A stretch of 63,765 nucleotides of DNA, counting the filler, from Salisapilia sapeloensis CBS 127946 (lineage: Eukaryota > Protista > Oomycota): the NCBI GenBank assembly GCA_023334545.1. It is 5 parts of 5 records of this genome, joined end to end, with 100 filler letters (N's around TTAATTAATTAA, not from the genome) between each part and the next. Parts side by side here need not be neighbours in the genome. Positions count along the whole stretch, not along the records: positions 15,285 to 30,527 come from JAADVB010000372.1; positions 30,628 to 58,169 come from JAADVB010000234.1; 3 more parts are not named here. The stretch is one strand, 5' to 3'. This document shows, piece by piece, positions 29,691 to 41,879 of the stretch. The stretch's first letter is position 1. Every line of letters starts with the position of its first letter. The translations under genes were made by a program, and so were the position numbers. The notes under the pieces were generated by a model, which was not told the DNA's origin, did not search any database, and saw only the letters and a list, made by a program, of their open reading frames with translations.

Positions 29691-30299
29691 TTCCGATTTA
29701 GCAGTGTGTGTCTGCGCCCTTCGCGGCAAATAGGAGAATGAAGACAAACACACGGAGATGCCCATCTAAGCGTCAGTCACGGGTGCATCTCACTTCATTT
29801 AACTTGACTATAGATAGACCATCACTCTACGAATCCTAATGACGTCAGTACAGTAGATGGCAAGTAGCTTGGCAATCCAATTTCCAGCGTATCTGCTATC
29901 TTCTCTGCACGGAGACTACTTGATTTTATGGATGCGTTGATCCGCGAGCAGTCTTTCTGATAAAAGCAGGAAAAACTTGAGCAAAAACGGGGAATGGCTT
30001 GCTACTTGTAGCCATCGACTGTCGCCAGCAACCATGGCTTGTCTCATGTCGAAGTCAATGGCTACTGACTGTGTAGGATCGCTTACAGGTCATTCTTAAT
30101 CATAGCGTCTATCCCACGACTGGAATCTCGTGAAACCCAGAATCCTGGACATCCATTCACCGAAATTTGGTCAGTTCAACTATGGCTTGATCGATGATGC
30201 TATTATGCACATCTTCCCTCCGGCTGCCCCTCGTCACCTCTAGGTCAACAACAAAAGCCAAACGCAATTGCTGTTTCTACCCGTACGGCACATGACTAG

Positions 30300-30527
30300 T
30301 TGTCCTATGATTGCGAGCGGCAACACAACGAGATCGGACCTAACTATCATACTTCTTCCACTCTTTTACTATCCATCCTGGCAGGGATCAGTCTCGATCC
30401 CGAGCCCGCGTCGGATGATGACTTGTTCGTGTCCAGAGTCGAGTGTTGGATGCCGACGGCGGAGGGCCAGAAAAGCTCCGGACGACGGTCGAGTGCGAGT
30501 GCGCAAGGCGTCGGCACGCGGAGGCCG
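30300..30527 (+). CDS. Possible gene fragment running into the gap
   Basis: GC-richer open frame after a CTAAC branch/pyrimidine tract/CAG acceptor-like site near 30384; no family recognised. Confidence 0.2.
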
Positions 30528-30627
30528 NNNNNNNNNNNNNNNNNNNNNNNNNNNNNNNNNNNNNNNNNNNNTTAATTAATTAANNNNNNNNNNNNNNNNN
30601 NNNNNNNNNNNNNNNNNNNNNNNNNNN
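30528..30627. other. Artificial scaffold spacer
   Basis: N run with TTAATTAATTAA at 30572-30583. Confidence 0.98.
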
Positions 30628-30979
30628 CGTGTCGTGTAGAGAGTGAGGATAGAAGGCACTAGATGGAGGTCTGCGTCTGCTTGGGCCGTCGGCGGGCGAA
30701 AGCTCGATTCGAATGCCACTTGGATACACTTCTCTATACAATGCCATCAGCATGGAGATGATCGGAATTATGTAACTTGGAAATTGACGGTATCCCGCAT
30801 GAGTTGTGTAGATAATAAACTGTTACCATCTTCTTTCATCAGGATAGGACAGTAGTCAGTAGACAGTAGATATACCGTCCATACCGTTGAGCGAGTACGA
30901 CGTATAAAACCTGTGGAAAGTAATATCACAGCTCCGAGTCTCGAATGAGGAGCATCTTGGCATTCGCAGCTCTTCTAGG

Positions 30980-32107
30980 ATGCCGAAACGAAAGCCTACG
31001 TACATCGCTCGGAAGGTACTATCTCTATGCTTCTTCCTTTTTTCATTTAATCATCTAATTATAACATATAAACTGTAGGAAGAGAAGGAGAAACTCGAAC
31101 AGGAAGCTGCCATTCTAGAGCAAGAGCTAAGCTCACTCAAACGCCGAATGGGAGTGGTGGATACGGAGGAGTTTGCTCATAAAAAGCAGCGAAATGAAGA
31201 GTATAACAAGATGGTAGATCAAAACATTCGAGTCCTTCATGACTTACGAGACGCATTAGGCCAGTTTAACGTACTTGTACTTCTTAATGTCTACTTTCAA
31301 TCGCATTTAATTCGTCTCTAGGGACCTCGAGAAAACGTTCCAACCAGGTCTAACATCCGCCTTAGCAGTGATCCTGCTAAGCGTAAGCGAGAGATAGCAC
31401 AAGCTCGTCTTCAAGCGCTGACTGCGGGTCGAGACTTCATGGACCGTCGATTTGGGCCTCTCGGTCAAGACACAGCGTTCTCTCATACGCAGACGGATGA
31501 TCTACCGGACGGTACGTACAGCGCCACCCATTCCAGCGTCATTCTGTCGAAAGGTCATGGAAGTGCCAAGAGCGTATTGGACATAATGGCGTACAATTTA
31601 AAGAATTTAGAGATCGTTCTCGCAGATAACGTTGGCATCATGGCGATTCGAGTGAATGAAGAAGGAGACGGAAAAGATACTTTTCAGAACGTCATTACGA
31701 TGTCTGCTCCGGATGGAGCGATGGCAGAATCCAACGTTCTTATCTTTTGTGATCATAAGCAAGAAGATTATGAACGTGCGAATGGACACGAGTACGCTAT
31801 TTTAACGACGGAAGTCGTGGAGGAAGATGAGTTGTATCCATACGAACCAACGCAACGTCTACGACGTAATGTTTGGGTCGTTTGCGAAATGACATGTGCA
31901 CCTGTATCGAATGCAATAGGCGACGAAGAGAAAGTTTTCATCGCACGAGTGTGGAAGCACGAGACAGGAGCTAAGGCCCATGATAATATTTCAACTGAAA
32001 CCTGGGAGTTCTTTAAAACTGCTTGGAAGGACATGGGCAAGCTGCTAAGCAATGCTTTGCAAAAGGCATTTACGACGAAAGGGTTCCTACCAGCGTCGTC
32101 CTCCTAA
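30980..32107 (+). CDS. Oomycete basic-zipper + putative START-like protein (M96-like), subfamily A copy 1
   Basis: MPKRKPTYIARK, intron 31016-31078, EEKEKLEQEAAILEQEL zipper, intron 31271-31321, then ORF 31439 with EYAILTTEVVEEDELYPYEPTQRLRRNV. The 5' end may extend further upstream. Confidence 0.8.
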
Positions 32108-32243
32108 CAAAGTTTTACTCTGTTTTGCCATTTACCATTAAGTTACTTGTACTAGACAATGCCCTGTTGTATGCTATATAGAAATGATGCAAGGTGTTAG
32201 CATGAGATGAGCTTCACCTGGTAGTCTTCCTCGTTTAAATGTT

Positions 32244-34100
32244 TAGTCTTTGAGTAGGATCCATCTACTTCATAACTCGTAGGATGACTTAGAGGTGAAA
32301 CTAGATAAATTGTGTACAGATATGATAGAGGTGTGTTTACATAGAGAGTATCTAGCATCTTGTAGGTAGTATTTGATGAACACATGTTCAGTGCTTCTTC
32401 GAAAACGTTTAACGTCTTTCGAGCATGAAATATACTTTGCTTTGGAATGCTTGAACGGATTTACTGATGGCAAGCTAAAAGTGCATTGACGCGTGGAGGC
32501 ATTGCTGCTAGTTCTAGAGTACGCTCGTCTGATACAAGACGTAGCTTCATACAAGGACGAGCACGGTAACATGGTACTTACCACCAATGTAGGTAAGGAT
32601 AAAAAAAGGGATGGAGAGCTAATAATAAGTAAGGACTGAGTGGTAATCCAAGATCTGGTTGAAAAGGTCTATGAAAAAGTAGACTCATCTGTGTTTGTGC
32701 TAAATAAGTATAGTCTTTCTTTAGTCACTTGTTCCGTACGCTCTACTGAGCCATTTCATCGCCAAAAGCAGCGTGTACTTCGTGACAAGTGCCATGGAAA
32801 GAGAGAGGAAAGTAAAAAGATTGTACTTTCCTATGCTCATCCTAATTAAACACGCACACTCTGCTTCAAGGCTAGTGTGCTTACATTTCAAACGAGGTAT
32901 GACGATAGTTTACGGGCACTTGAGACCAGCAGCGACCGGTAAAGTATCCACAAAATTCTCAAGAAATCACGTCTTGGACTCTAGTACTGTCTATTGTCCA
33001 AGTTACCATCCCCTATAATGTCTTGAGTAGTTCATGAATTTGTCTATTGTAAGGTTATTGTAAAGTAGCCGCTGTATAGGCAGTGAAGCTAGGAGACAAA
33101 GAAAATCCGTGCGATCTGAAAGTAAGAGTTTTGGTTGTCGATAGAGCCTTGGCATTAGCTTTCACTTGCTGTCCAAAATATAATTATGATGTGCGAAACA
33201 AATGTGGAAACCAGACCGCGAGAACAAGCACACCTTCCCTACACATACTAGAGTTAATCTGTTTGTGTATTTTTGGAGTTGAAAGTATAGTTTAATCCGG
33301 AGATTTACAAGTATTTGCTCATGGATACCTCGTTTGTGAATCCTTCAATAAATGCCTATTGCATAAACTGCCTTGCTGCGATAGTTTCTCCTTTTGAGTG
33401 AGCTATAAGTGGAATCAGCTTCATTTGGAGTGGATAGGAGGCTGTTGTCTCAGTGTCAAATTTGTGCCGGTAGAACGTATCAATAGCGAAGTCCATGTAG
33501 CGCTTCTAATCAAGTGGTAACTTCAAATTGATTCAAAGCAGTAGGCAGTCTAAATCTCTCTCGACATTGCAATTACCCTGCTCCGGACGAGTGGCTTCTT
33601 CCATCTAATCCGCAGTGTTCTCGTAGAACTGATCAGATGCCATACGCACCCGAAAAGAATTTAACTAAAGATTTTTATGGCTAGCATGAAGGTATCCATC
33701 ATCTTATAAGCCGCTGCCTCGACCAAGGTGGCTTGTGAGCATATGATAAGTATGCCTTTACCACAGCATCTATCAATTGAGCCAGCGATTAACGTTGTTC
33801 GATTAAAGAAATATGAGGATAGCGATAGTAACGCAAGATTCTAAGACCAGATCGTCGCTAAAGTTTCAAGAGAGAACGTTTTCATTCCACGGACGTTTGA
33901 CTTAAAAGTATATCACTCGTACGGCTTCGATTGTTCCTACGTAGATGACTGTAGCACTTGGACAATCAAAGCAGTGCTTACCGAGGAGCTACACATCAAC
34001 AAACAAGTGAAACCGTTTGTTCAGATACGCGGGAGATCCACTATCTTGGATTAGAATTGCAACGTCTAGACGAGGTGCTAGCAGACACACCGACGTTTCA
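32244..34100 (+). pseudogene. Possible decayed coding remnants in an AT-rich spacer
   Basis: Long + frames broken by scattered stops (about 32283-32849 and 33742-34054) read like protein but match no recognised family. Confidence 0.2.
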
Positions 34101-34550
34101 AACGCCCAGTTGCTACGACTAGGGATACATTTTATCAATGTACTATCGTGTAGTAGTCAGAGAAGGTGTACTGGGTGAAGCTTGTCTACTAGCACAATAT
34201 TTAAAGCTTAATCAGGCAAGAACTAGACATGCTTACAAGCTTCTATCTCCTTTTGTACTACCTATCTAGTACAGTAAAAACCCGATTTCATTCGCGTTTC
34301 TATGGTCGACACGACGATTTGAAAGTCGATTCCATCTTTTCAAGATCCATGCCCATCAGCTTTAGTTGATTATTCTACATGTCAAGACGTGCAGTATCCA
34401 GTGACCCCATTCCATCTTTTTCATCTCAAGAGCTGATCCTTATCTCCAATATTTGGTTGGAAATGCTTCGTCGTGATGCATGGTCATGACGTCTGCTGTC
34501 TGTATCTCTATACCAGAAGCCAGTAATTCAAAATACGTCGAGCAGAGAAA

Positions 34551-35838
34551 ATGGACGAAAGGCTTCTTGAGACTCGACTGCCTGTCATCGGCTTGGACGA
34601 CGGCCGCGTCGGTACTTCCTGGAACTCGATGCACTTTACGAGTGAACCAGCAGCATCAGAGAATGTGGCTCCTCCGCAACCGAATGTCCAAAGTATCAGA
34701 GACACTGGCGGCGACACGAGCGAAGACTCGTCGCATTCGAGTGAAGTGCAGCAATTGCCTCCTAAACGTCGGAAACCGACGTATACCGTTCGGAAGGAAG
34801 AGAAGGAACGGCTTGAAGAGGAAGTGAATAAACTGCAGGCTCAAATTGACTATTGGCGCCAACGAGCGGTGGCAGGCGACATGCCGGCGGAGCAATCGCT
34901 CGCTCAGAAACAACTTTCGAACGGTCTCTTCCAAGACGCGATTCAGCACAATCGGAACCAAATGACCCAAGTCCAAGCTGTCATGTCCGAATACAACGTA
35001 CGCCTACTTTATATTGCTAACGCATGAACGAAAACTCATTTTGCATCAATAGCGGACACAGGACTCAAGTCCGATCGCAATGTACTTGCACTTGACGACT
35101 GACTGGCAAGAACGCCGAGCGACGTTGGCACGTATGAAGGACCGTAAGATCGCTATGGCGTATGAATACTTGAAAACTCGATGTGGCGGACTCGAAAACA
35201 ATCGCGAGTTCTTCGATCAGCAGAACTTTGAGACCGAGTCGGGGGGATATTGCCACATCGGTGTCATGATCCAACAGATTGAAGGTGCACCCAACGTCAA
35301 GGTCGTCTTTGACATGATGCTGTACCACTTCAATAACCTCGAGATTACATTGTCGGACAAGGGCGAGATGCTGACACTTCGGGAGAATGATGACCCTGGA
35401 GAAACGACGACGTTCCAGAACCGACTGACAAGCAACGTCGGGAACAATGTGCAACTTGAATTCAATTCCGCCGTGTTTGCCGAGTACAAGGCAGAGGATG
35501 TGGAACGAGCAGATGGGGGTGAATATGGTATTATCACGACGGAGCATGTCGACCAAGACGATTTGTATCCTTATAAGCCAGAGTCTCGTATCCGTCGAGA
35601 TGTGACGACGACGCTGCAGCTCACGTCGTATAAGAAACGAAGTCGACAAGGTCGAGCTGGTGGCAAAGGACAGGAGTCCACTGTCGTCGTTTTGAAGCGT
35701 TGGACGCATTCAAAGTTACACAAACCACGTACCCACGTACCGTACGAAACGTGGGAGCACTTGAAGGCACATATGGACTCAATCGGGCAAGCCATGAAGG
35801 CTTCGTTACAAGAACAAATACATGGTCGAAAGATGTAA
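34551..35838 (+). CDS. Basic-zipper + putative START-like protein, subfamily A copy 2
   Basis: KRRKPTYTVRKEEKERLEEEVNKLQAQI; intron 34998-35052 joins ORFs 34551 and 35080; EYGIITTEHVDQDDLYPYKPESRIRRDV. Confidence 0.85.
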
Positions 35839-36615
35839 TCGTTTGTATCTCGTTTCGTGGTAGTTTCCATCATGTGCAATGGCAGACTAGGTAGAATGTA
35901 TTGACTGGTAGCAAGTTCGGGTTGGTATGCAGCTCAGAGGTGATATCGACCGCTGCTGTAGTCCATGTGCTGGAGTCGGATGGAGTGATTGGAAGAGGCT
36001 ATGGGTACGACGTACGGAGCGATACACTTGGATGGTAAGATTCGTTCGCTGGACTCACATAATGGACTGTCGCGCGTACATGCGAGTTGCAGTGCCCACG
36101 AATAGGTGAACTACCACCTGCTGCATGCATACATAGTGGCCTCGACTACGTCGAAGTGACTGAATACTGATACGCCACACTAGGTCCTCGTTCGCTGTCT
36201 TCGCCAACGCGGCCAGGTCGTACACGACCGAATGCAGAGAGCCCGACCCTGATCCAATCATTCTAGCTACTCTTCCTACATGCACACTTCATTCTTTTCT
36301 TGTCTGAGTTTCCAGTACTTGGCTGAAGACTCTCCAGCACGTAGTGAGCTCTATATCCTGATACACCCATCTGTCTCTCCATCAAAACGGAAGCCGACAA
36401 GTACTACTATACAACCACAGACATGAAGGAAGAACGCTCTTGTATGAAATGTCACGATGCCCGCCTCTTCCATCGTTCCTAGTAATTGACTGATTACACG
36501 CGGCCTTCAAGTTCGAGGCAATCCGTTTCTACTCGCTCCATGATTATCATTGTTCAATCGTGGATTTGCCATCTCGAGCTAAAAACCTGTGGACCGTGCA
36601 AAGTTTGACACGAGC

Positions 36616-37952
36616 ATGAGATCGAGGCAAGGCATGATCAAGGATGGCACGACCGAAAGCGATGATCCGTTAGTGACGAGACGCATGCCCAATGGACAGC
36701 CGATCACCACCACGGTACAGTTATTTATAGATACAGTGTCAAGTCGATCGAGTACTGCGTAATGAATTGCATCTCATTCGTGCATCATAGTATGAACTCA
36801 AGTTGCTACGAGCTCAAGTTGCTCGACTTGAAAAATATGTCCAAGGGCTGGAAGCGTACTGGTCGTCCGAGCTAGTTGACACACGGACACTCGAGGCAGG
36901 TCGAAACGCCGCGAAAGAGAAATACTGGATGACGAAAGCTGAAGAGGAGAATCGTCAGCTAAAAAAGGACTTACTACAGCAACAATATGCCCACGCAACC
37001 TTACAGAGTGACATGCTACGAGCACCACTACGCAACTGCAGCATGGATGTCCACTGCGCAACGCACTTTAATACTTATCTAAGTAACGAGACAAGCGCTA
37101 GGGCACAACAGTTTTTGGATCATTGCAATCGGTCTCTGCGAACGATCCCAGACGTGGTCATGCACTACACGAGTGGCATCGATCCATCACTTGATGGTCA
37201 AGTGCATATTTCCGGTGGAGAAGATTATACTATTGCGACTGGACTTATCTGTGTCGAGTTTCCAGGAGCCACGGTCGAAGACTTGTTCGAGTGTGGCAAG
37301 GACTATGACGCGTTCCGACCACGTGACTTTCGCCACCATTTTAATATCCAAACGGACCACCGAGTACGTCTGCTTTTCATGTGCATGCGCTAGTGTTTGT
37401 ATTGACAGGAGATAGATATTGGAAGAGATACCGGCGGATTGTTCACGAGCGGTGTATGAAGAGATTAAGCTGAAAAAGTTGGATAGCGGCGTAGCGACGC
37501 ACTTGAATCAAATAGGTGTCTTCTTACTACAAGGTGACTTTGGGCTCTACCATTCCGATGCCGTCGCCCAAGATGACCGACATGGATATGCATGTGACCA
37601 GAACTTTACCTACTCGACCGTATCGTACGCATTTTGTATTTGGCATGATAGTCTTGGCACGTATAAAGCTGACTTGCAACGTAGCGTATTGGTGTACCCA
37701 GCCTCGGACTCGACACCGGAAGCTCCGAAAAGTATAATGCGCCGCATGCTCAGCATGCGCGTGCGCGGTCGTCCGAACGACGCTTTGACCCAAAAGTGTA
37801 TTTCAAACACCATGTCCGTGATCAACAACGATCTCTTTGTTGCCTTTGTCGTTCGACGTTTGCATGAACGTAAAGCTGAACGGCGGCAGGACGAGCACAA
37901 GATTTGCGACGGAGACGGTCGTACCATTAGTCCAACCGCAACATACATGTAG
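36616..37952 (+). CDS. Basic-zipper + putative START-like protein, subfamily B copy 1
   Basis: Introns 36715-36790 and 37364-37415 join the exons in frame; LKLLRAQVARLE zipper, QQQYAHATLQS, SVINNDLFVAFV. Start uncertain. Confidence 0.7.
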
Positions 37953-38546
37953 ATCCATTTATCAAGACACATTTACTTGTGGTAACTTTGCATGGAAATA
38001 TGGGATATATTGGTATTCACTTGGCATCTTGTTCATCCTACTTTACCTGTCAACGCAGTATGTCTTACCATGTCAATCATGATGCAGTCGATGGTTTAAA
38101 TCATGCGTAAAAGATCGGTTCAGGGCGTCCTTGAATGCATATTGAAGTACGCCGATGCGATGGGCAACGTGGTATACGCAGCTGTATATGGAGACGTTTC
38201 TCCACGTAAAAGTAGGTGAAATCAGGGGCTAGAGACAGGAGGCGTACGGACTCGCTTTCGTCGGTTGCAAGGTTTCTACTTACGTGTCTGTCGCTCACCG
38301 CATGGACGCTTATCTCAATCCTTCGTCGCATGGAGCAGTATGGCTTTCTTATGCAAGGATCCGGGGTGCCAACACTCGGCTTCGATGACGTGAAAAGGGT
38401 TTACGACGGCATGGTAAAAATACTTATAATCAGCTATCGACCAGCTGTGTATCGCCGCCATGTCCCTATCGTCCTCATTTTCGACTTAGTCCATCACCAT
38501 ACACGAGCAAGTGCGATTCTACTTTTCGACGTACGTCCAGTAGCAA

Positions 38547-39829
38547 ATGCCACATCCAATGGTCTGGAAAAAGACAAACGTGATGAAGGGAGACGCGTCG
38601 ACGACCATTACTTTCCCCAAGAAGAAGAAACGAAAGACACCATCTAATGCGGTACAAATAGACCTGCTCGAGCTACGTAGGACGATGCCCGACTAACTGT
38701 TAGTATATCAACAGCAAATTATACGTGAATTGCGCGCCGAAGCTGCTGGCTTAGAGTCCAAGCGAGATGAACTGAGCTCAGTTTGGCAGAGCGTGCTGCC
38801 GCTCGACCACATTCGGGATCAAGCGATACAGGCTGCTAGAGCTAAACGCGAGTTGGTCCAGTCGGAGAAACTATATCGAGACTTGGTCCATCTCTCGCTC
38901 AACCAACAGCTTATCCTGGCATCAGCTCAGCAACTAGTATCGCAATCACCAATCCAGAACGCGGTCTGTCCAAAGGAAATCTTTCATCGTCTCCACAGCT
39001 CTCTCCATTTGAAAGTCGAGTCGGATGACGCCAGTCGACAAGAAACACTTTCTATACAGTGCGAAGTCATGCTTCGTATTATAGCCTCTGGTACCGATCG
39101 GTTATCATCCGACCATATTCCGGAGACGACGTTCGATGCGCCGTACTCGAGCACAGAGCTCGTGCAGGATGGCAAGCATTCGATCGTGTCGAACATTTTG
39201 TTGTTTAAACTGCCGAACTACCCGATCGAAGATGTGTATCGTGCTGTCCATACGTACATTGAGTGCCTACCGAAGGAGCTAGATGAACGATTGGGTCTTC
39301 AGTTTATTGTTGAGGTACGTCGCGTCCTATCTCATGCGCGCGTATTTACAAAACCTGATGCTGTACATAGAGCGAAGAGGTCATGAGTCCGCACATGAAG
39401 TACTCGAATTGTTTGTACAAGCAGGATGGAGAAATTTCTGCACGAATGCTGCGGCTTGTCGCAGGAAGCATCCACCACGATAGTGCAGTCATCGCGGTGG
39501 ATTTTGCCGACAGTGACGAAATGCTCGGTATTGATAACGAAGACATTCCTCGACTCGAGCCGCTCTTTGGGTACGTTTGCATCGTATTTCTGTGCAAGAG
39601 ATGTATCAGCTCATCTATATTGCGTAGGTTGTTGATCACGAGAGAGTATGAAGGACAAGATCCGTACATTTTAATGCGTCGAGTGTCCGTGAAGCGGTAC
39701 AACATTCAGTTTAACGCAGTCAAGTTGCATCGAGAGGTCGAGGCGTTGAACCCAGTGATTAACGGCGACTTGCTCGTGGAAGTTGTGTGCAAGGAATTAG
39801 CCAAGACGAGTGGGCGGGAAGTGGAGTAA
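38547..39829 (+). CDS. Basic-zipper + putative START-like protein, subfamily B copy 2
   Basis: KKKKRKTPSNA, intron 38652-38714, QIIRELRAEAAGLE..NQQLILASAQ..FDAPYSSTEL, intron 39315-39370, then ..PVINGDLLVEVV. Start uncertain. Confidence 0.75.
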
Positions 39830-40611
39830 ATGTACATTGGATGTTGCTTTTGAAAATGAACTTGATTCTTCGTCTTTTATATCACCAGCCATGGACATCA
39901 ACTGGTGATAGGCTCAAGCTAGATCTTCGGAGAGAGGTAGCTAATGTCATGTTGCTTTTTTTGCGTCGTTTAACGGTCAGGCAACGTGCGTAGCAATCGC
40001 TGATGCGTGGATGGGATACGAGTAACAAAGACATTGGAAAGTGGAAGAAGCAGTCATTGGCCTCGGACAGCCCGTACATGGGTGTGGATCCGTCCGTTGT
40101 TCGAATTGGAATCTCGGACCGAGCAGAGAGTAGCTTTGGTAAAGATGATTTTCCATCCGTCACTTCCCACGTCGTTTTCTATCCATCCATCAATGATTGC
40201 TAGGCCACTGTTCTCCCTATTTGTCGATGGATTGCTTAGGCTCGCCTACTCGCGCTTCGAGTAATCACCTGCTGGTGACTCGACTGTGTCCTATGCAGGT
40301 GGATTAAGTGTAAACCGGATAGATTGGCGATCGATGCGTGGGCGGGAGAAAAAGGGCTTTGCAAGTAGCATCAGCTCTCGTGCGTTTACTTACTTGAAGC
40401 CTTTGTACCCTACCATGGACGTCGACCAGCATTTATTTCCCTGTCATCTTATCTCATGGATATTCTGGCCTTCGGAAGAGAACATCAGGCGAAGTGTATA
40501 GCAAGTAGGATAGGGATTCGAACTGTTGTACGTGAGTGCTTATTCTGCGCATCCTATCACTATCAGGTAATCGTCTTTAGGAGCAAATCAATTCAACACC
40601 ACGCAGGTGGG

Positions 40612-41847
40612 ATGCCATCTATCGTCCCATACGCCAGTCCAGCGCACTTTACAAACGACAAGCTACGTAGCATGGCAAATTGCTACCGTCAAACGAACGA
40701 AAGTAGTAGCCCATCCTCGAGTTACCATAGTGACCAGTCCGGGAGCCCAAACTCACGGAAGCGAGTGCGTGCCGTCGACGTGTACGATGACGAGAACATC
40801 TTTCGAAAGAAGACGGAACGACCGAAGAAGTCGCAGGCACAGAGTGCTGCGCATGAACTCAAGAAACTACGAAAGGAAGCAGAAGTCTTAGAAAAGCAAA
40901 TGCAGTTTCTTCGAGACAAGTGGCGGTATCATCTCCCGGATGACCAAGTTTTGTACACGGCATGTCAGGCAGCGAAATCCAAGTGGATCTCGCTCCAGGC
41001 TGAGCAACTGAATAAAGAGCTAAAGGAACGACATCTACAGCAACAGCTCTACCTCGCGTCCATCCAGACGCGTCTCACGAGCTCTCCCGTTCTCCAGCCA
41101 TCACGTAGTCGAGAGATCTTTGATAGTATCCACTCGCCCATTAAGCTCCGGCGACACACGAGTGAAAAGGACCGGTTGCAGGAACTAGGAGACCACATCG
41201 ATGCCGCTATACGCGTGGCTCCGGCCTTGATGACTCGACTGCTCGACGCACATGTCGCCCAAGCAACGTTCGCCGCGCCGTACTCGCACACGAGTATCAT
41301 GGCAGATGCGAACTATTCCTACGTCTCTAACGTCCTTGCATGGAAAATCTGTAATCGTACGTATGAATCAGTTTATAATGCCTCGGTCGACTACCTCCAG
41401 CACATGTCGGGAGCATTGCAACGGCACTTGGGTGTCACGTACGAAGGTCGGGAGATCCATGACTGGAGTGAAAACAAGTGGTATCGCCGCATGACGTACA
41501 CGAACGGGCCTCACCTCGTGTCTTGTAGCAACACATTCTTCGGTGTCGGCAAGCGAGGTCAGCACGGCGTCGTCATGGCCGACTTTGTCGATGAAGACGA
41601 GGACTTTCCGGTCGAAAAGTTCAGTGTCACGCGAGACACGACGTTCACGACGTGTGTTCGGCATGTACCAGCAATGGGAGAGGAGCAGGAGCATGTGCTT
41701 GTCCAGCGCGTGGTCGTCACGCGGTACAACTTGCACCCAAACTCCCAGCTTTTGCATCACGACTTGCATACAACGTTATCATGGCTGAATGGCGACTTGT
41801 TCATCGAAATGATGTGTCGTCAACTGGATAGTCCATCGACAGAGTAG
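40612..41847 (+). CDS. Basic-zipper + putative START-like protein, subfamily B copy 3 (intronless)
   Basis: RKKTERPKKS..ELKKLRKEAEVLE..QQQLYLASIQ..FAAPYSHTSI..SWLNGDLFIEMM; uninterrupted ORF, first good ATG at 40612. Confidence 0.85.
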   Translation: MPSIVPYASPAHFTNDKLRSMANCYRQTNESSSPSSSYHSDQSGSPNSRKRVRAVDVYDDENIFRKKTERPKKSQAQSAAHELKKLRKEAEVLEKQMQFLRDKWRYHLPDDQVLYTACQAAKSKWISLQAEQLNKELKERHLQQQLYLASIQTRLTSSPVLQPSRSREIFDSIHSPIKLRRHTSEKDRLQELGDHIDAAIRVAPALMTRLLDAHVAQATFAAPYSHTSIMADANYSYVSNVLAWKICNRTYESVYNASVDYLQHMSGALQRHLGVTYEGREIHDWSENKWYRRMTYTNGPHLVSCSNTFFGVGKRGQHGVVMADFVDEDEDFPVEKFSVTRDTTFTTCVRHVPAMGEEQEHVLVQRVVVTRYNLHPNSQLLHHDLHTTLSWLNGDLFIEMMCRQLDSPSTE

Positions 41848-41879
41848 ATAAAATGCAAGGAGTGGAGATTCGTACTTGA

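Noticed and set aside
28987-30980. Myb gene as the dedicated regulator of the adjacent zipper-START array
   Set aside because: The two are separated by an artificial gap, so linkage is unsupported.
35880-36290. Possible spliced minus-strand gene (GTGAGT donor near 36058, ORF 36055-36285)
   Set aside because: No single convincing spliced frame or recognisable motif could be built.
38216-38647. 143-aa + ORF as an independent gene
   Set aside because: It overlaps, in another frame, the basic-patch exon of subfamily B copy 2; part of it might be an upstream exon, but this is unresolved.
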